Source: an uncultured delta proteobacterium
Lineage (GTDB): Bacteria > Desulfobacterota > Binatia > Binatales > Binataceae
NCBI GenBank assembly: GCA_963794325.1
Contig: CAWCDG010000004.1
Span: 1 to 64,000, forward strand
DNA: 64,000 nucleotides
Direction of reading: 5' to 3'
Positions 55,722 to 64,000 of this stretch are shown piece by piece. The notes under the pieces are model-generated. The model searched no databases, had not been told where the DNA came from, and saw nothing but the letters and a program-made list of their open reading frames with translations. Within the stretch, counting starts at the first letter, position 1; each line of letters opens with the position of its first letter. The position numbers were made by a program, and so were the translations under genes.

Positions 55722-56678
55722 ATGAACTCGGGCCCGATGATTCGTGCGGAAGAGCTCCGCAAGCGCTACGGCGACCGGGTGGCGCTCGACGGCGTGTCGT
55801 TTACCGTCAATGCCGGCGAGATTGTCGGCCTGCTCGGCCCCAACGGCGCGGGCAAAACGACCACGCTCTCGATTCTGTCGGGCGTGATCGATCCCGACTC
55901 CGGCCGCGCCTCGATCGCCACTCACGATCTCGCTACCGAGCCGCGCGTGGCACGTCGATGCCTCGGCCTGGTGCCGCAGTCGCTTGCGTTGTATCCAACG
56001 CTCACCGCGCTCGAGAATCTTTTGTTCTGGGGACGAATCCAGGGGATGACGGCGGGCGACGCTCTGACTCGCGCGCGCGGCTTGCTCGACGAAGTCGGGC
56101 TTGGCGATCGCGCCGACGATGTGGTCCACGAATTTTCCGGGGGCATGATGCGCCGGCTGAACATCGCGTGCGGCATGATACATTTTCCGGCGGCGATCAT
56201 GCTCGACGAGCCGACCGTCGGCGTCGATCCGCAATCGCGCGGACGAATTTTCGCGGTCGTCGAGGCGGCCGCGCAAGCCGGCGGCGCGATCCTCTACAGC
56301 ACGCATTACATGGAAGAGGCCGAACGGCTGTGCGATCGAATCGTGCTGATCGATCACGGAAAAATCGTTGCGCAAGGCACCGACCGCGAACTGATTGCGC
56401 TGGCGGGGACCGAGCCTCGAATCGAAATCATGACGAAAAAAGCACTGCCGCGGGGATGGTCGGACGGGATCCCCGGGGTTGGCGAATTGCCGTGGGAGGT
56501 GGTCGACGGGTTCGCCGTGGCGCTGACCCTGCATACGCTCGACCAGGTGCCCGACGTTATCAAGCGGGCCGGCGAGATGGGCGACGAGGTAATCGAATTC
56601 CACGTTCATCGCCCGAATCTGCAGGACGCATTCCTGAAACTGACCGGCCACGCGCTGCGCGACGCGCCGGGACAATGA
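55722..56678 (+). CDS. ABC transporter ATP-binding protein
   Basis: GPNGAGKTT, FSGGM, LDEPTVGVD, STHYMEEAERLCD. Confidence 0.95.
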   Translation: MNSGPMIRAEELRKRYGDRVALDGVSFTVNAGEIVGLLGPNGAGKTTTLSILSGVIDPDSGRASIATHDLATEPRVARRCLGLVPQSLALYPTLTALENLLFWGRIQGMTAGDALTRARGLLDEVGLGDRADDVVHEFSGGMMRRLNIACGMIHFPAAIMLDEPTVGVDPQSRGRIFAVVEAAAQAGGAILYSTHYMEEAERLCDRIVLIDHGKIVAQGTDRELIALAGTEPRIEIMTKKALPRGWSDGIPGVGELPWEVVDGFAVALTLHTLDQVPDVIKRAGEMGDEVIEFHVHRPNLQDAFLKLTGHALRDAPGQ

Positions 56679-56694
56679 TGCTTTTGCAGAGGCG

Positions 56695-58422
56695 ATGATG
56701 CTGCGCGCGGTGTGGCTGACGATCGGCAAGGAATTCCTGCTCATCCGGCGCGACCGGGTCGGCTTGTTCATGCTGCTGGTGGCGCCGATCGCCGTGATTG
56801 CCGCCGCCGGCTTCTCGCTGGCAAAAATTTACGGCGGTCAAAACGCTCCTCGCGGCGAGTACTCGGTGGCCGTGCTCGACGAAGATCAAGGCAGAGTCGG
56901 CCGCGCGATTGTTGACGCGCTCGCTCATCAGCCCGACCTGTCCGTGATTGATTCGACGAGCCGGCGCGACGCCGAGCGGACCGTCCGCGAAAAAAAATTG
57001 GCGGTGGTGGGAATAATCATTCCTCCGGGAACCACCGACGCAATCGAACACGGCCGTAGCGCGCAGCTGATTCTCTACACCGATCCGGTCAAGTATCTGC
57101 AGACGATTAAGGTTGAACTGGCGCTGTCGGAATTGTGCAGAAAAATTACCGCCGGCGCCGGCGACGAGGCGCGCAGCCAGACCGCGGAACAAACCCGCAA
57201 CTTTACCCTCAAGCTCGACCGCGCTCGCGAGTCCGCCGAGCAGGCCCGCGCGCAGGCCGCTCGCCTGGCCGAGCAGGCGGACGCATCGCGCGCCGCGATC
57301 GCGCCGAAGATTCGCGCGCACCTCGAGTCGGCGCTGACCGCCGCCCGCGACCAGACCAAAATTGCGCTGGACACCGAGATGGATCGCATTCAGCGCAAGC
57401 TCGACGCTGACACCGCGGCGCAGCAGGCGAAGCTCGTCGAGCTCAAGGATTACCTGGGCCGTCTGGAAATCGCGCACGGCCAGTTCGAGAGCTGGTTCGG
57501 CCAACTGAAGCAGCTCGCCGGCAGCCACGCATCCGACATCCCGCCGCCGCCGGCTATTCCAAGTCCGCCAGCTGATCTGAATCTTGGTGGAATCAATCTG
57601 GCGCCGGTCGGGGAGCTTCGGGACGCGCGGGCACGGCTCGAAAATGCGCTCACGATTCCGCCGATTGATCTCAAGCTGCCGGAGTTGCCGCCGGCGCCAA
57701 AAATTCCGCTGCTCGATATCCCCGAGATGCCGGCGATCGATCCTAACCTCTCGATTCCGGGCACGCTCGGATTCAGCGAGGTCGACCTGAGCGGCAAAAA
57801 AATCGGCCAGTTCGCCGGATTCAACGCGTTCGATCTCCAGGTGCCCGGTTTCGCCGTCACGTTTCTACTTATCGGCATGCTGATGGGCGTATCGCTGGCG
57901 CTGATCGACGAGCACGATTGGGGCACGCTCGAACGGCTGCGCTCGGCGTCGGCGCCGTTGTGGGCCACGCTCACCGGCAAGCTGCTCGCGCGCTTCGTCG
58001 TCGGCTTCGTTCAGATGGCGGTGCTGTTCGCCGCCGGATACATCCTGTTCGGGATTTCGCTCGGCCGCACGCCGGCCGCGCTGATGTTACCCGCGGCGGC
58101 GATCGCGTTCGCGGGGGCGGCCTTCGGCTTGATCGTCGCCGGGGTGGGCAAGACGCGCGACGCCGTTCTGCCGGTTGGTGCAATCGTGATCATGACGATG
58201 GCGGCGATAGGCGGATGCTGGTGGCCGATCGATTTCGAGCCGGCCTGGATGCAGCAGGTCGCGCTCGCGCTGCCGACGACGTGGGCGATGCGCGCGTTCA
58301 ATGATTTGATGATCCGCGACCTGGCCGCGTCGAGCGCAATAGTGCCGTCGGCGGTCAATTTCGGCTTCGGGATCGTCTACTCGGTGATCGGAGTCGCAAT
58401 CGCGCGCCGGCGCTTCGGCTGA
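56695..58422 (+). CDS. ABC-2 type permease with enlarged extracytoplasmic coiled-coil/Pro-rich region
   Basis: KEFLLIRRDR, VPGFAV, EHDWGTLERL, GGCWWP, LPTTWAM. Confidence 0.9.
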   Translation: MMLRAVWLTIGKEFLLIRRDRVGLFMLLVAPIAVIAAAGFSLAKIYGGQNAPRGEYSVAVLDEDQGRVGRAIVDALAHQPDLSVIDSTSRRDAERTVREKKLAVVGIIIPPGTTDAIEHGRSAQLILYTDPVKYLQTIKVELALSELCRKITAGAGDEARSQTAEQTRNFTLKLDRARESAEQARAQAARLAEQADASRAAIAPKIRAHLESALTAARDQTKIALDTEMDRIQRKLDADTAAQQAKLVELKDYLGRLEIAHGQFESWFGQLKQLAGSHASDIPPPPAIPSPPADLNLGGINLAPVGELRDARARLENALTIPPIDLKLPELPPAPKIPLLDIPEMPAIDPNLSIPGTLGFSEVDLSGKKIGQFAGFNAFDLQVPGFAVTFLLIGMLMGVSLALIDEHDWGTLERLRSASAPLWATLTGKLLARFVVGFVQMAVLFAAGYILFGISLGRTPAALMLPAAAIAFAGAAFGLIVAGVGKTRDAVLPVGAIVIMTMAAIGGCWWPIDFEPAWMQQVALALPTTWAMRAFNDLMIRDLAASSAIVPSAVNFGFGIVYSVIGVAIARRRFG

Positions 58423-58448
58423 TCGTGCTAGACAAGGGAACTTGCCAT

Positions 58449-59102
58449 TTGAAAAAGTCCGTAAATGATTTTTACCGCGTCCTGTCGCATGCGCTGATCG
58501 CGATGGCCGGCGCATTCGCACTGATCGCTTTCGATCCATGCGCGGCAAATGCGGCGATGATGAGATTCAAGATAGACGCCGAGCGCAGCACGATCGGCGT
58601 GGAGGTTGCGCAACCCGCCGCATGGATCAGCGGCAGCGCAACCGGGACGTTTCGGATAATCGATGGCGCGGTGAGTTTCGATCCGGTCAACGTGCCGGCC
58701 AGCGCCAAGGTGAGAATCCTGATCGACGCGACCAGCTACAGCAGCGGCAACGCGTCGCGCGATCGAAACGTCATCGATAAATCGCTCGAGGCGAACAAAT
58801 TTCCGGTCATCGGATTCGAGAGCAGCAGCGTGGTCGGCGTCGTCATGCCTCGCCCTGATGAAGGTACCGCGATCGTCACCGGCTACCTGACCCTCCACGG
58901 CGAATCGCACGCGATGACGATGTCGGTGCACGCGACGCTCGGCGCCGACGGCATTTTCACCGGAGACGGCGAAGTGAAATTCAACTACGAGGATTTCGAC
59001 GTCGCGGTTCCCACCGTTCTGTTGCACACGCTGCTCGCCGGCGACGAGGCAACGGTTCGGTTTCACATTGTCGCGGTCAGTGACACCGCCGCGCAGCACT
59101 AA
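58449..59102 (+). CDS. YceI-family (polyisoprenoid-binding) protein
   Basis: Signal peptide; IDAERSTI, SGNASRD, KFPVIGFES, VTGYLTLHG. Confidence 0.85.
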   Translation: MKKSVNDFYRVLSHALIAMAGAFALIAFDPCAANAAMMRFKIDAERSTIGVEVAQPAAWISGSATGTFRIIDGAVSFDPVNVPASAKVRILIDATSYSSGNASRDRNVIDKSLEANKFPVIGFESSSVVGVVMPRPDEGTAIVTGYLTLHGESHAMTMSVHATLGADGIFTGDGEVKFNYEDFDVAVPTVLLHTLLAGDEATVRFHIVAVSDTAAQH

Positions 59103-59146
59103 GCTCCGGTTGTCCGCGAGGCTGTCCATCAACTACAAACTTGAGC

Positions 59147-60067
59147 ATGGTGGAATTAGCGATTTCTCCGCGCGACGCGAAAGTTCCTGCGGCGGTAACC
59201 GAGCTGGCAACGGCGATCGAAGCCGACGGCGGTGCGGCGCTCGCTGCGTATCAGGAACCGGTCGGCGATCACTGGCATCTGTTCGCGATGCTGCCGCTGG
59301 CGAAAGTCGAGGCGACGCCGTATCAGCGCGACCTTTCGCCGGCGCATCTGAAGCGAATGATCGAAGTGATGAAGAAGCTCGATCGTTTCACCGAGCCGAT
59401 TGTCGCGGTTTACACCGCAGGTACTTACTGGACTCCCAACGGCAATCATCGCCGCGCCGCTGCGATGAAGTCCGGGGCCAAGATGATTCCGGCCATCGTG
59501 ATACCCGATCCGGAGGTAGCGTTTCAGATTCTTGCGCTCAACACCGAGAAGGCGCACAACTTGCGCGACAAGGCGCTCGAGGTGATCAGGATGTATCGCG
59601 CGCGTCTCGAGGATCGGCCCAAATCCGCCGAGAAGGATTTCGCCTTCGAGTTCGAGCGCGCGCACTACATCACGCTCGGCTTGCTATACGAAAAGAAATC
59701 GCGGTTTTCAGGCGGCGTGTACGCTCCATTGTTGAGCCGCGTCGACACTTTCATGACCAAGCCGCTCAAGGATGCGCTCGAAGATCGCGAGGAGCGCGCG
59801 GCCCAGGTCGAGCGCGCCGACGATTTGGCGGTCGCGCTGGTAGCAGCGGGCAAGAAGCGCGGCCTGATGCATCCTTATCTGAAGAATTTCATCATCGCGC
59901 GATCAAACCCGCTGACGCGCGCGCGAAAAAACCTTCCGACCTGCAAAGCGGCGCTGAACAGCATGATCAAAGCGCTCGAGGAATTCGATCTGGGCGCAAT
60001 CCATTTCGGCCAGATTCGCGCCGCCGCTCAAATCGCCGCCGCCACTTCGGTCGCCGACTCGAACTGA
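59147..60067 (+). CDS. ParB/Sulfiredoxin N-terminal domain protein
   Basis: PYQRDLS, EPIVAV, TPNGNHR, ALNTEK; no adjacent parA. Confidence 0.75.
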   Translation: MVELAISPRDAKVPAAVTELATAIEADGGAALAAYQEPVGDHWHLFAMLPLAKVEATPYQRDLSPAHLKRMIEVMKKLDRFTEPIVAVYTAGTYWTPNGNHRRAAAMKSGAKMIPAIVIPDPEVAFQILALNTEKAHNLRDKALEVIRMYRARLEDRPKSAEKDFAFEFERAHYITLGLLYEKKSRFSGGVYAPLLSRVDTFMTKPLKDALEDREERAAQVERADDLAVALVAAGKKRGLMHPYLKNFIIARSNPLTRARKNLPTCKAALNSMIKALEEFDLGAIHFGQIRAAAQIAAATSVADSN

Positions 60068-60087
60068 AAATAGAAGGGATGGACAAC

Positions 60088-60882
60088 ATGGCGGATCAGA
60101 TCGTTCTGTACGAAGCTCGATATCCGGCGGCGATAATCACGCTCAACAACCCCGACCATCGCAACGCGCTCGGCGCCGCGATGATCGACGCGCTCATGGC
60201 TGCGATTGCGCGCGCCGAACAGGATCGTGCCGTCCGCGCGCTCATTTTTACCGGTGCCGGGTCTGCGTTTTCCGCCGGCATGGATCTCGGCGAACTGCGC
60301 GGCATGCTCGACCAGTTACGGGTCGACGAAGCTGGATCGGTCTGGGACGGTGCGCTGCGCGGCGAGGCGTTGATCGAGCGCGTCTATCGCCTCGGCAAAC
60401 CTTCGATCGCCGCGGTCAACGGAGTTGCGGTCGGCAACGGCGCGGGCTTCCTGAGCGCGTGCGATTTGGTGGTCGCCGCCGACAGCGCGCGAATCGGGTA
60501 CACCGAAATGAAGCACGGCATCCAGGCAGGAATGGTAATCCTCCACCTGATGCGATTAGTGGGCGAGCGCGTCGCGAGATATCTGCTGCTTACGGGAGAG
60601 CTTGTCTCAGCCGATCAAGCAAAGGCTCTAGGACTGATCAACAAGGTCGTGCCCGCCGGCGAACTCATGGAGACAGCGCTGGCCTGGGCAGAAGCGATCT
60701 CGATGAACGCACCAAAAGCAGAGGCGGTTACCAAATCGTTGATGTGCAAATTTTCCGGTCAGGCGATCGCGATGAGCATGACCGAATACACCGCTGCTCC
60801 GCACATCACCGACGAAACCCGTTCAGGGCTGGAATCGTTTTTCGACAAGAAGCCGGTGCCCTGGTCGGTCAAACCATCATGA
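60088..60882 (+). CDS. Enoyl-CoA hydratase/isomerase (crotonase) family, methylglutaconyl-CoA hydratase-like
   Basis: ITLNNPDHRNAL, AFSAGMDL, IAAVNG, GAGFLSACD, YTE, LLTGE. Confidence 0.9.
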   Translation: MADQIVLYEARYPAAIITLNNPDHRNALGAAMIDALMAAIARAEQDRAVRALIFTGAGSAFSAGMDLGELRGMLDQLRVDEAGSVWDGALRGEALIERVYRLGKPSIAAVNGVAVGNGAGFLSACDLVVAADSARIGYTEMKHGIQAGMVILHLMRLVGERVARYLLLTGELVSADQAKALGLINKVVPAGELMETALAWAEAISMNAPKAEAVTKSLMCKFSGQAIAMSMTEYTAAPHITDETRSGLESFFDKKPVPWSVKPS

Positions 60883-61537
60883 TTTCTGGTAGCGCGTAGC
60901 CACTCGCAGTTGAAAGCCGGAATATTGGGCGGGCATCTGAGAGGGGGGAGTCTCCCGATGCCCGCCGTTCGTCCATCACCTGGCGGTGAGCGTCGTGAAA
61001 CGCCGCTTGGCTACTGGAAGGCTGATCTCTTTTCGGCCGTTTGGTTTGATAACCCGGCAATCGGGATAAATAGTCACTATTGCCAAACCAGCTAAGGCCA
61101 TGATTACTGCTTATTGACGAATGCGATCCGAAGCGCTCTTAGACGCTTTCACTATTTTTTGGACTATCGCGGCGAAGTTGTAAGATACGCCGCCGAACGG
61201 CCTAACGTCCATTCCATCGCCGTGCGATTCGGTTATATCGATAACCAAACATGACGAACGTAATTAATGCGTGTTTTCGAATCCAAACCAGATATGTCTT
61301 CTTCACTCATTGGTTAGATTCAGTACGCTGATTCGTAGGTCATAGTAGTGCGCTTCTGCACGGTTCCTTGATTCGCGTCGGGGTCGTTACTCACAAGTAC
61401 GTGCTGCGCGGCACGTCTTTGGGTGAATGCCGATAGAATGTTCGCCAAGGTTGGGTGAGACTGGCATAGGTCCCCGAATTCAGCCGCGCTCAAGTCTCAA
61501 CGTCCCCAACAAAAGCAACTGACAGGAGTTAGATCAC

Positions 61538-62032
61538 ATGATTACTTTCACACATCGGACCGTCCGCGCAGCCGGCGCAGCGGCAACTCTACTCGGCGCT
61601 ATCGTTCTCGCCAGCCCCGTGTTTGCGGCCTCGACGCAGTCGCCCGCGCAGCAGGCGATGGCCGCGCCAGGCGATTCTTCCGCGATGGCGCCGGTCGAGG
61701 CGCGGATCAAGACTCTGCACAAGCAGCTCCACATCACCGAGGCTCAGAAGCCGCAATGGGACGCCCTGGCCACGGTGATGCGCGACAACGCGCAAGCGAT
61801 GGTGGACTTGCAGAAGCAGCGCGCCGCAGACTCGCCGTCGATGAGCGCGGTCGAAGTGATCAAGTCCTATGAGTCGGTCATCGAAGCGCACCAAGATGGA
61901 ATGAAGAAATTCGTTCCGCCGTTCGAAACTCTCTACAACTCGATGTCGGATGCTCAGAAGAAGACTGCCGACTCCCTGTTCCGCAACCGTGAAAAGGCCT
62001 CGGCCGCCAAACAGACCGCAGCCAATAAGTGA
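61538..62032 (+). CDS. Spy/CpxP (LTXXQ) family periplasmic protein
   Basis: AGGAG RBS; signal peptide; LHITEAQ and LYNSMSDAQKKTAD motifs. Confidence 0.85.
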   Translation: MITFTHRTVRAAGAAATLLGAIVLASPVFAASTQSPAQQAMAAPGDSSAMAPVEARIKTLHKQLHITEAQKPQWDALATVMRDNAQAMVDLQKQRAADSPSMSAVEVIKSYESVIEAHQDGMKKFVPPFETLYNSMSDAQKKTADSLFRNREKASAAKQTAANK

Positions 62033-62064
62033 AGCGGGAATCGATCCCGCGAGGTAGTATCGCT

Positions 62065-62397
62065 ATGCAAGTATCGCTCAAACCGAGAACGGAATTGCGC
62101 TCAAGGATAAGCAGGATCGCGGCTGCGGTCGGGTTTGTTCTCGTGATTGGCAGCTTCGCGGTCGGGCCGGCTCGCGCCGACAACGATCACCACGGTCACG
62201 ATAATGATCGCGGCGCCTATCGACATCGCGACAACGACGATCGCGGCTACCGCGGCAGCTATGCCTATCAGCAGCCTGACTACAATTACTACACGCCTCA
62301 GCCGAACTACTACTCCGCGCCTGATCCCTACTACTATGGTCCGGGACCCGGATACGAAGCACCGCCCCGCGGCGTCAACCTGTTCTTCGGCCTGTGA
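62065..62397 (+). CDS. Small secreted low-complexity protein (His/Arg/Asp then Tyr/Pro-rich)
   Basis: GAGG RBS; signal ending ARA; repeats YNYYTPQP, NYYSAPDPYYY; terminal GVNLFFGL. Confidence 0.7.
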   Translation: MQVSLKPRTELRSRISRIAAAVGFVLVIGSFAVGPARADNDHHGHDNDRGAYRHRDNDDRGYRGSYAYQQPDYNYYTPQPNYYSAPDPYYYGPGPGYEAPPRGVNLFFGL

Positions 62398-62472
62398 TCT
62401 CGAACCCCGCTCGCCGGTAGTGTCCTGATTCGAAATCAGGGCACTACCTCGCGCGGTCGCGGACGTTACCAA

Positions 62473-62670
62473 TCACTTCAAGGGCGGTATCTTGAGTCCG
62501 GGGATCGCTCCGATCAACCCGAACGTCTGCAACACCCAGATCAGCACCACCACGAACACCACTATATTGAGTAAGCTCTTTATGGCTCCGGCCATCGGGA
62601 TGTAGGTATTGATTAGCCACATCACCAAACCGATGACGACCAGGATTACTACGATATTGACCAGGGTCAT
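62473..62670 (-). CDS. Small two-TM membrane protein (Thivi_2564-like)
   Basis: GGAG RBS; LMWLINTYIPM..IKSLLNIVV pattern. Confidence 0.75.
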   Translation of the reverse strand: MTLVNIVVILVVIGLVMWLINTYIPMAGAIKSLLNIVVFVVVLIWVLQTFGLIGAIPGLKIPPLK

Positions 62671-62754
62671 AGGACACTCCTTGGGGACTGTCGCGACACC
62701 GCACGCTGTCTTAGCTTACATCGGCCTGAAGATAAGGTCCAACCGGCGTGAGTC

Positions 62755-63450
62755 CTAGACCCCGGCTAATAAGACTGCGACGATTCCCGTAAGAAATACG
62801 CCATCGTAAGTTCCCATCCCGCCGATTGACGCGACCGGCGCGCCGAGGTGCGTGATTGCATGCAAGTTGCTCAGGTCGGCGCCTATGAGAGTGCCGACGA
62901 CGCCGCTCACATATGCAATTACGTTAGTGCTATGCCGCGCTCTTATAACACGAGCGAGCAAAATGGCGACGAATGCGGCGGCAAGCGGTGGAACGAATAG
63001 CGGAAGGGCAATTCCAACCCCGGGCATCAGGTAGGCGGTCCTATGCGCCACCAACGCGACGACCGCTGTGCCCAGTATCGATGGAAGAATCGCGGCAGGT
63101 GTGCTCAGTAGCGCGTAGATCACGATGAGAAGTGGAATTACTGCGCCGCCGACGTTGATCGCAACCGTGGTCGTTCCCGGTGAGCCGTACTGGAGCGGAA
63201 CCGAATAGGTCACTCCGAAATTGTCGACTGTGGTTGTGGGTGGCGGCGGACCTGACTCGACGGTATATAGCGGGATGTTGACATAGCTACCGATCAGACT
63301 CAGCAGCAGAACAAAAAGCGCCGCGGTTGGGGATAGGCCTAGGACTACAAACGCGGCTCTTATCACCTCGATTTGGATAAGCAGGAAGAGCATACCCAGG
63401 AAGGCCAGGCAGATGAGTAGGTATATGAAGAGGAAGGGGGCGAATAGCAT
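62755..63450 (-). CDS. DUF1614-domain membrane protein
   Basis: GSYVNIP, AINVGGAVIP, GTLIGADL, SIGGMGTYDGVFLTG. Confidence 0.85.
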   Translation of the reverse strand: MLFAPFLFIYLLICLAFLGMLFLLIQIEVIRAAFVVLGLSPTAALFVLLLSLIGSYVNIPLYTVESGPPPPTTTVDNFGVTYSVPLQYGSPGTTTVAINVGGAVIPLLIVIYALLSTPAAILPSILGTAVVALVAHRTAYLMPGVGIALPLFVPPLAAAFVAILLARVIRARHSTNVIAYVSGVVGTLIGADLSNLHAITHLGAPVASIGGMGTYDGVFLTGIVAVLLAGV

Positions 63451-63512
63451 TTTGACCCTCGTGAAGTTTCCGGAATACCTAGAGGACTCTTAGCGGGCCG
63501 AAAAAGCCATGA

Positions 63513-64000
63513 CTACGGCATCGAGCTTGACGCCGATTCCGTCGCGGGATTCGGCGACTCTTTTTTCGCCGGCTTTGAATCGACGCGCTTGATCATTACC
63601 CGCGCGACACCTTTCCCAGTGATCCCGATCTCTTCCGCCGCGCGCTTGGACAGATCCAGGTTCCGGCCGGGAACGAACGGTCCGCGATCGTTGATCCTCA
63701 CCGTCACCGATTTTCCGGTCTTGAGATTGGTTACCAGGACCGTGGAACCAAGCGGCAGAGTTTTGGATGCGGCGGTCAATGCGTGAGGGTCGAAGCGCTC
63801 GCCGCTGGCGGTGATATTGCCGGCTTCCTCCTCGCCCATGAATGACGCCCGGGCCGTTCCCGACGATCGCGCCCTGCTTTGGGGAACCGGCGTGGGCAAC
63901 GGCGTAGGCAGCGCGATCGCTGGTGCGAACACAGATTCCTGACGCGTCGAGCACGAGGCCACGAGCAACAAGCTCATCAGCGCAAGCGATCTGCCCAGAT
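63513..64000 (-). CDS. rlpA: Septal ring lytic transglycosylase RlpA-family lipoprotein (start probably beyond window)
   Basis: Lipobox LVASC; TASGERFD, LTAA..TLPLG, VRINDRGPF, DLSKRAA; frame open to the window end. Confidence 0.88.
   Translation of the reverse strand, partial: LGRSLALMSLLLVASCSTRQESVFAPAIALPTPLPTPVPQSRARSSGTARASFMGEEEAGNITASGERFDPHALTAASKTLPLGSTVLVTNLKTGKSVTVRINDRGPFVPGRNLDLSKRAAEEIGITGKGVARVMIKRVDSKPAKKESPNPATESASSSMP

Noticed and set aside
59068-60882. 604-aa ORF suggesting an N-terminally extended crotonase
   Set aside because: Its first ~340 codons overlap the ParB-like gene in another frame and read as Arg-rich nonsense; the real start is 60079 or 60088

Overview
The window contains two unrelated blocks joined inside mutL at ~4458. 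Block 1 (1-~4457) is very GC-rich and looks actinobacterial. It carries a MocA-like transferase, an aldose 1-epimerase, a MerR/B12-binding regulator, PadR, a membrane protein and a CTAG-flanked MITE. Nearly every gene is broken by indels, so this is most likely a low-quality chimeric contig end. Block 2 (~4458-64000) is a Gram-negative chromosome segment; from gene style and content I infer Candidatus Binatota/Binatus, unverified. It carries truncated mutL, rpmB, a ~34 kb minus-strand Wzx/Wzy-type polysaccharide locus (11779-45408), a secreted tailspike-like protein, trxB, moaC, an RlmI-like methyltransferase, a YCF48/MMPL/ABC/YceI putative lipid-handling run, an orphan ParB-like gene, a crotonase, small secreted proteins and partial rlpA. 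Best findings: (1) an arsenate reductase arsC missed by the ORF track (6934-7284, minus) with TGA exactly at catalytic Cys12 and a hairpin directly after it, i.e. a probable selenoprotein; (2) a 118-bp palindromic repeat present once between genes and once in-frame inside a membrane-protein gene; (3) two unrelated secreted proteins bracketing the polysaccharide locus that both end in VSK[T/S]K-stop; (4) a signal-peptide-bearing phage-depolymerase-like protein at the head of the locus; (5) several REP-like families, some nested. I recognised no tRNA, rRNA, CRISPR array, integrase or transposase. All calls come from reading the sequence by eye; no searches were run.
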